Assembly (NCBI GenBank): GCA_013239625.1
Contig: MU054212.1
Location: 6,174,270-6,238,269 of the forward strand
DNA from: Lama guanicoe
Lineage: Eukaryota
Reading direction: 5' to 3'
DNA: 64,000 bases
A program made the translations under genes and the position numbers. Numbering within the stretch: position 1 is the first letter of the stretch; each line of letters starts with the position of its first letter. Positions 60,718 through 64,000 of this stretch are shown piece after piece. The notes under the pieces are model-generated. The model was not told the DNA's origin. It did not search any database and saw nothing but the letters and a program-made list of their open reading frames with translations.

Positions 60718-63562
60718 GTAAGGAAACAATGTATGGAAAATAATGTATGATTTTTGTTTTTTAAGGAATAATGTTAATGACAGAAGCGTTTCTTTTTGGC
60801 GAGTAGGGGCAGACAGGGACAGGCAGGGCACGGGACGTGAGAAGTCCTACCAGAGGAAAAGTCAGGGACAATGACATGAGGTCATGTTTTTCCTTCAGTT
60901 TCATTGTTGTGTAGCAAGTTTTCTTTTTTTTTTTTTTTTAATTTGTTTTTTCCGTTTTTTTTTTTTTCTTTTTTTTGGGGGGGGTAATTAGAATTATTTA
61001 TTATTATTACTTTTAATGGAGGTACTGGGGATTGAACCCAGGACCTCGTGCATGCTAAGCACGCACTCTGCCCCTGAGCTGTACTCTCCCCCCAAGTTTT
61101 CTCTGGATAAGATGGAAAATGTGAAACTGAAAAATCATTCCAGTTTTACTGCGAAATGTGATGCATACTGCTGTTACCGTAGAATGAGGTGTAGGGGAGT
61201 GAGGGGTGAATGTCACAGGCACAGCAAACACCAAGTTTTGTGGCGGGGGATTTTCCTTCTGCTTCCTCATCAGGTTAGATCAATCTTTCTACAGGGACAG
61301 GCAGCTTGGATTGTACACCAACCCGAGGTTTTAAATGAAGTTTCAAGTACTTGGGGGGAATCTTCAGTTGTGACTTTTAAAAATAACAATTATTATGGTG
61401 AGCTGGTAATCTGTGAACAGAGCTAGAGCAGTGAGAACGGGGATACCATTTAAGACATATTGAAACTGTAACTGTGAACAAATACACGACAACTTTCTTC
61501 AGGAGGAGCCTCGGCATTCCTCCGTGAATGTGCGGCTGTGTGTGGCTGGAGTGTGAGACAATCAAGGCACTGATTAATATCAAACAGGATGGTAGCCATC
61601 CAACCAGTTTGTTCCCACTGCTTGCCAAACACTCCAGCTGACTCCAGCATTTAGAGACATAAGCTATATTTTAGTAGGACTGTATCTTACATTTGTATGA
61701 CATTTTTTTTAATAGTTAACCAAGTTCTTTCAGGTTACGTCACGTAACCCTCACAACACTTAGGCAAAGCAGGCACTGACCATATGGCACAGACACTCAG
61801 ATTATCAGGAAGGAGACCAGACTTGCTGTCTGCTGGTGGAACCAGGAATATAACCCAGACCCACTGTCAGTCCCATGGGCTTTTGAAACTAGACTTAACT
61901 AAGAAATCTCAGGTTTACTTAATGTTTTCCATTGTGCATGTGGCCTGAGTTTCATTTGGTCACCTATAGACAATCTATTTTCAGAAGTTTTTTTAATTGC
62001 CATTTTTTTTTTAAACATTTGCTGTTGTCTTTGAAGGCAGAGTCTTGAGAGAAATACAAAAGTAAACCATGGTTCATGAGGTCTTCAATAATATTTAAAA
62101 TGATTATAAATATTATTATACACTACAATAATAGATTATAAATTACAATAATATTTCAAGGTTGAGAATAAATTATTAGGTCTTTCAAACACAAAGCCAC
62201 GAATCCGTTAGAAAATCAAGTTTAAAGGGATGACTTACTTGAAGGTTTGAGTCTTAGGTTCTGCCTTCTTTTCAAATCTGTGAATTTGGTTTTTTGTTTC
62301 TTCGAATTCATACAACAGGGTTTCATTTTTTTAATATGAAGTGAGAAGACCCTTGGATCAAAAAGTTATCTTAGACTCCAACTCAGCTCTCTTGAATATA
62401 TGCCAGGAAGTAACCCATAATATTAATGAAAAAAAGAATCCCCCTCAAATGGTTAGATATAAATTGGAACCAATAAGAACATTTATGTCATGGGCATCTT
62501 AATAATTTTCTTTTCATGTGTTTGTTTCCCAGCCAACTCCGGAAAACTTTGGTGAGTATACTTTGAGTTTTGCCCTATGTCATAGTGAAAGAAAGTTACA
62601 TGAACAGTAGAACAACAGAACAGAAGAACTTAGGATACATTTAACGCTAAGCACAATGTATAATTGCGTAATTGCATTGAACTTTGATCAAACACTGGCT
62701 TCTTTCGATTTCTCGAGGAGTGTTTTATTGTTTCTGCCCTAGGATTCCACATACTCAGCAAAAAAACAATAGATGGCGGTGTAAGTCCAAACACAGTGAC
62801 TGACACGTTGGCCTCCTATAAATGCCTATTATTATTATTTTTTGCTATTTTGTGCCAAATCAGATGGACCTGATGTCTGTCCTATTCAGTTGTTCATTTA
62901 GAGACTTGGCCATATTATCTACCCCTTTGCAATTTAAAAGAGTAACTCAAATATAGATGAGGAATTTTCCTTGAGATTTCCAAGGTACGCTATTAGCAAG
63001 GGATATACATATATGGGTAGATCAGGCTAGTTTAACCAGATTTAAATATTTTCTTCTTATTTAATCTAGTCTTTCAAATTAATCTTAATATTATATGGGG
63101 TGATCAATTTCTTATCCCTGAAGTCATTTGGCATTCAAGGGACATGGATAAAACAAGAGAATATATGCAAAAGTCCCAGAGACCCATGCCTGGCTTATGG
63201 GAGGTGCTCAATCAGTCAATCGATCGATTGGTCGATTGATCAATCAATCAGTGTATATTGAATTAGAACCTGGTACTCACTTATCTGAGGCAAAAGAACT
63301 TTGCTTACTTCTAATCAGTAATTGATAAAGATTTCCTTCTTGCACAAACACAATGTTCAATGTGTTTTTCTTTGTTATTTTTATTAAAGATATAGATGGT
63401 GGAATGGACCGGGATATATTTGATATCAATGAAGGTTTGTGGATTTTTTTTTACATTCTTTATTAAGTGGGAAGATTGAATGCAGTTCGCTAATATGAAT
63501 TTTTACCTTCCCTCTCAGAGCTGGGACTGGATCTTTTTGAGGGAGACATCAGCCTTGATGAG
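60655..63562 (+). CDS. MEP1B: Meprin A subunit beta, 5' partial; join(60655-60717,62533-62551,63390-63434,63519-63562); continues past the window
   Basis: MDSWGLSSFLFFGVLLLVSGL|PTPENF|DIDGGMDRDIFDINE|ELGLDLFEGDISLDE = signal peptide plus astacin propeptide (FEGDI). GT-AG introns, consistent phases, expected position after RNF138. Confidence 0.95.
60925..61092 (-). mobile_element. Camelid tRNA-Ala SINE in MEP1B intron 1
   Basis: Poly-T tail, tRNA head, TSD CAAGTTTTCT on both sides. Confidence 0.9.
62533..62551 (+). CDS. MEP1B: MEP1B exon 2 (19-nt micro-exon)
   Basis: ttcccag|CCAACTCCGGAAAACTTTG|gtgagt. Confidence 0.9.
63390..63434 (+). CDS. MEP1B: MEP1B exon 3
   Basis: ttaaag|ATATAGATGGT...GAAG|gtttgt, 45 nt. 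Confidence 0.9.
63519..63562 (+). CDS. MEP1B: MEP1B exon 4
   Basis: ctctcag|AGCTG...GAG|gtgagt, 44 nt. Confidence 0.92.
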
Positions 63563-64000
63563 GTGAGTTGAAATAATGCAAGGAAGAACTTTCTATTAAA
63601 GATTGCAAGTGAAAATACAGAGTATCTGAAAATGATCAGACAGCATGGGCTTTCTTAAGCTCAACTGTCTCTAAGGGTGTAGAATCCTGGTTGACACATT
63701 TATTCAATGAGTACATTATACACTAAGGGACTCATATAATAGGGTCTTCACCAGCCATTACTCAGATGTCTGTGTGGTTAAAGCCATTGTCACTCACCTT
63801 GTAGGCTTTGGTCTTACTGATCTGGTTGATTTCCATTATTGGAACAATATGGTATTCTCATTTTTAGATAGAACCTCACTGATTAAATCTACTTGAAGCA
63901 AAATTAAACTGAATTTGCAAATTCAGCGAATCCGGGTTTTCACCATAAGAGAGAGATTTTGTGACTTCTATCCTGACAGCTGAAAATAGTGTTGCCAAGT

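Noticed and set aside
1..64000. Prokaryote-type novel system (CRISPR array, operon, defence island)
   Set aside because: No regularly spaced repeat array and no dense coding region. The window is explained by three spliced mammalian genes plus repeats.

Overview
Mammalian genomic DNA, very probably camelid: it carries about 10 copies of a tRNA-Ala(AGC)-derived SINE of the camelid Vic-1 type. Three plus-strand genes lie in the order known from human 18q12.1. First are the last two coding exons and 3'UTR of RNF125. Next is the complete RNF138 gene (CpG-island promoter, non-coding exon 1, seven coding exons, 738 nt = 245 aa + stop). Last are the first four coding exons of MEP1B (meprin beta). 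Intergenic and intronic DNA is mostly old repeats (L1, L2, MIR, MER20, MER5A, Charlie1, MaLR/ERV LTRs). There is also a full-length U6 snRNA retrocopy nested in an LTR and a 625-nt assembly gap. Nearly all ORFs in the supplied track are spurious. I see no convincing new biological system. The best leads are regulatory: divergent CTCF motifs bracketing RNF138, a TCF/LEF site and a possible upstream exon for MEP1B, a near-cognate overlapping uORF and a second promoter in RNF138, and a Pumilio site inside a 3'UTR hairpin. Repeat family names come from memory of consensus sequences and their boundaries are approximate.
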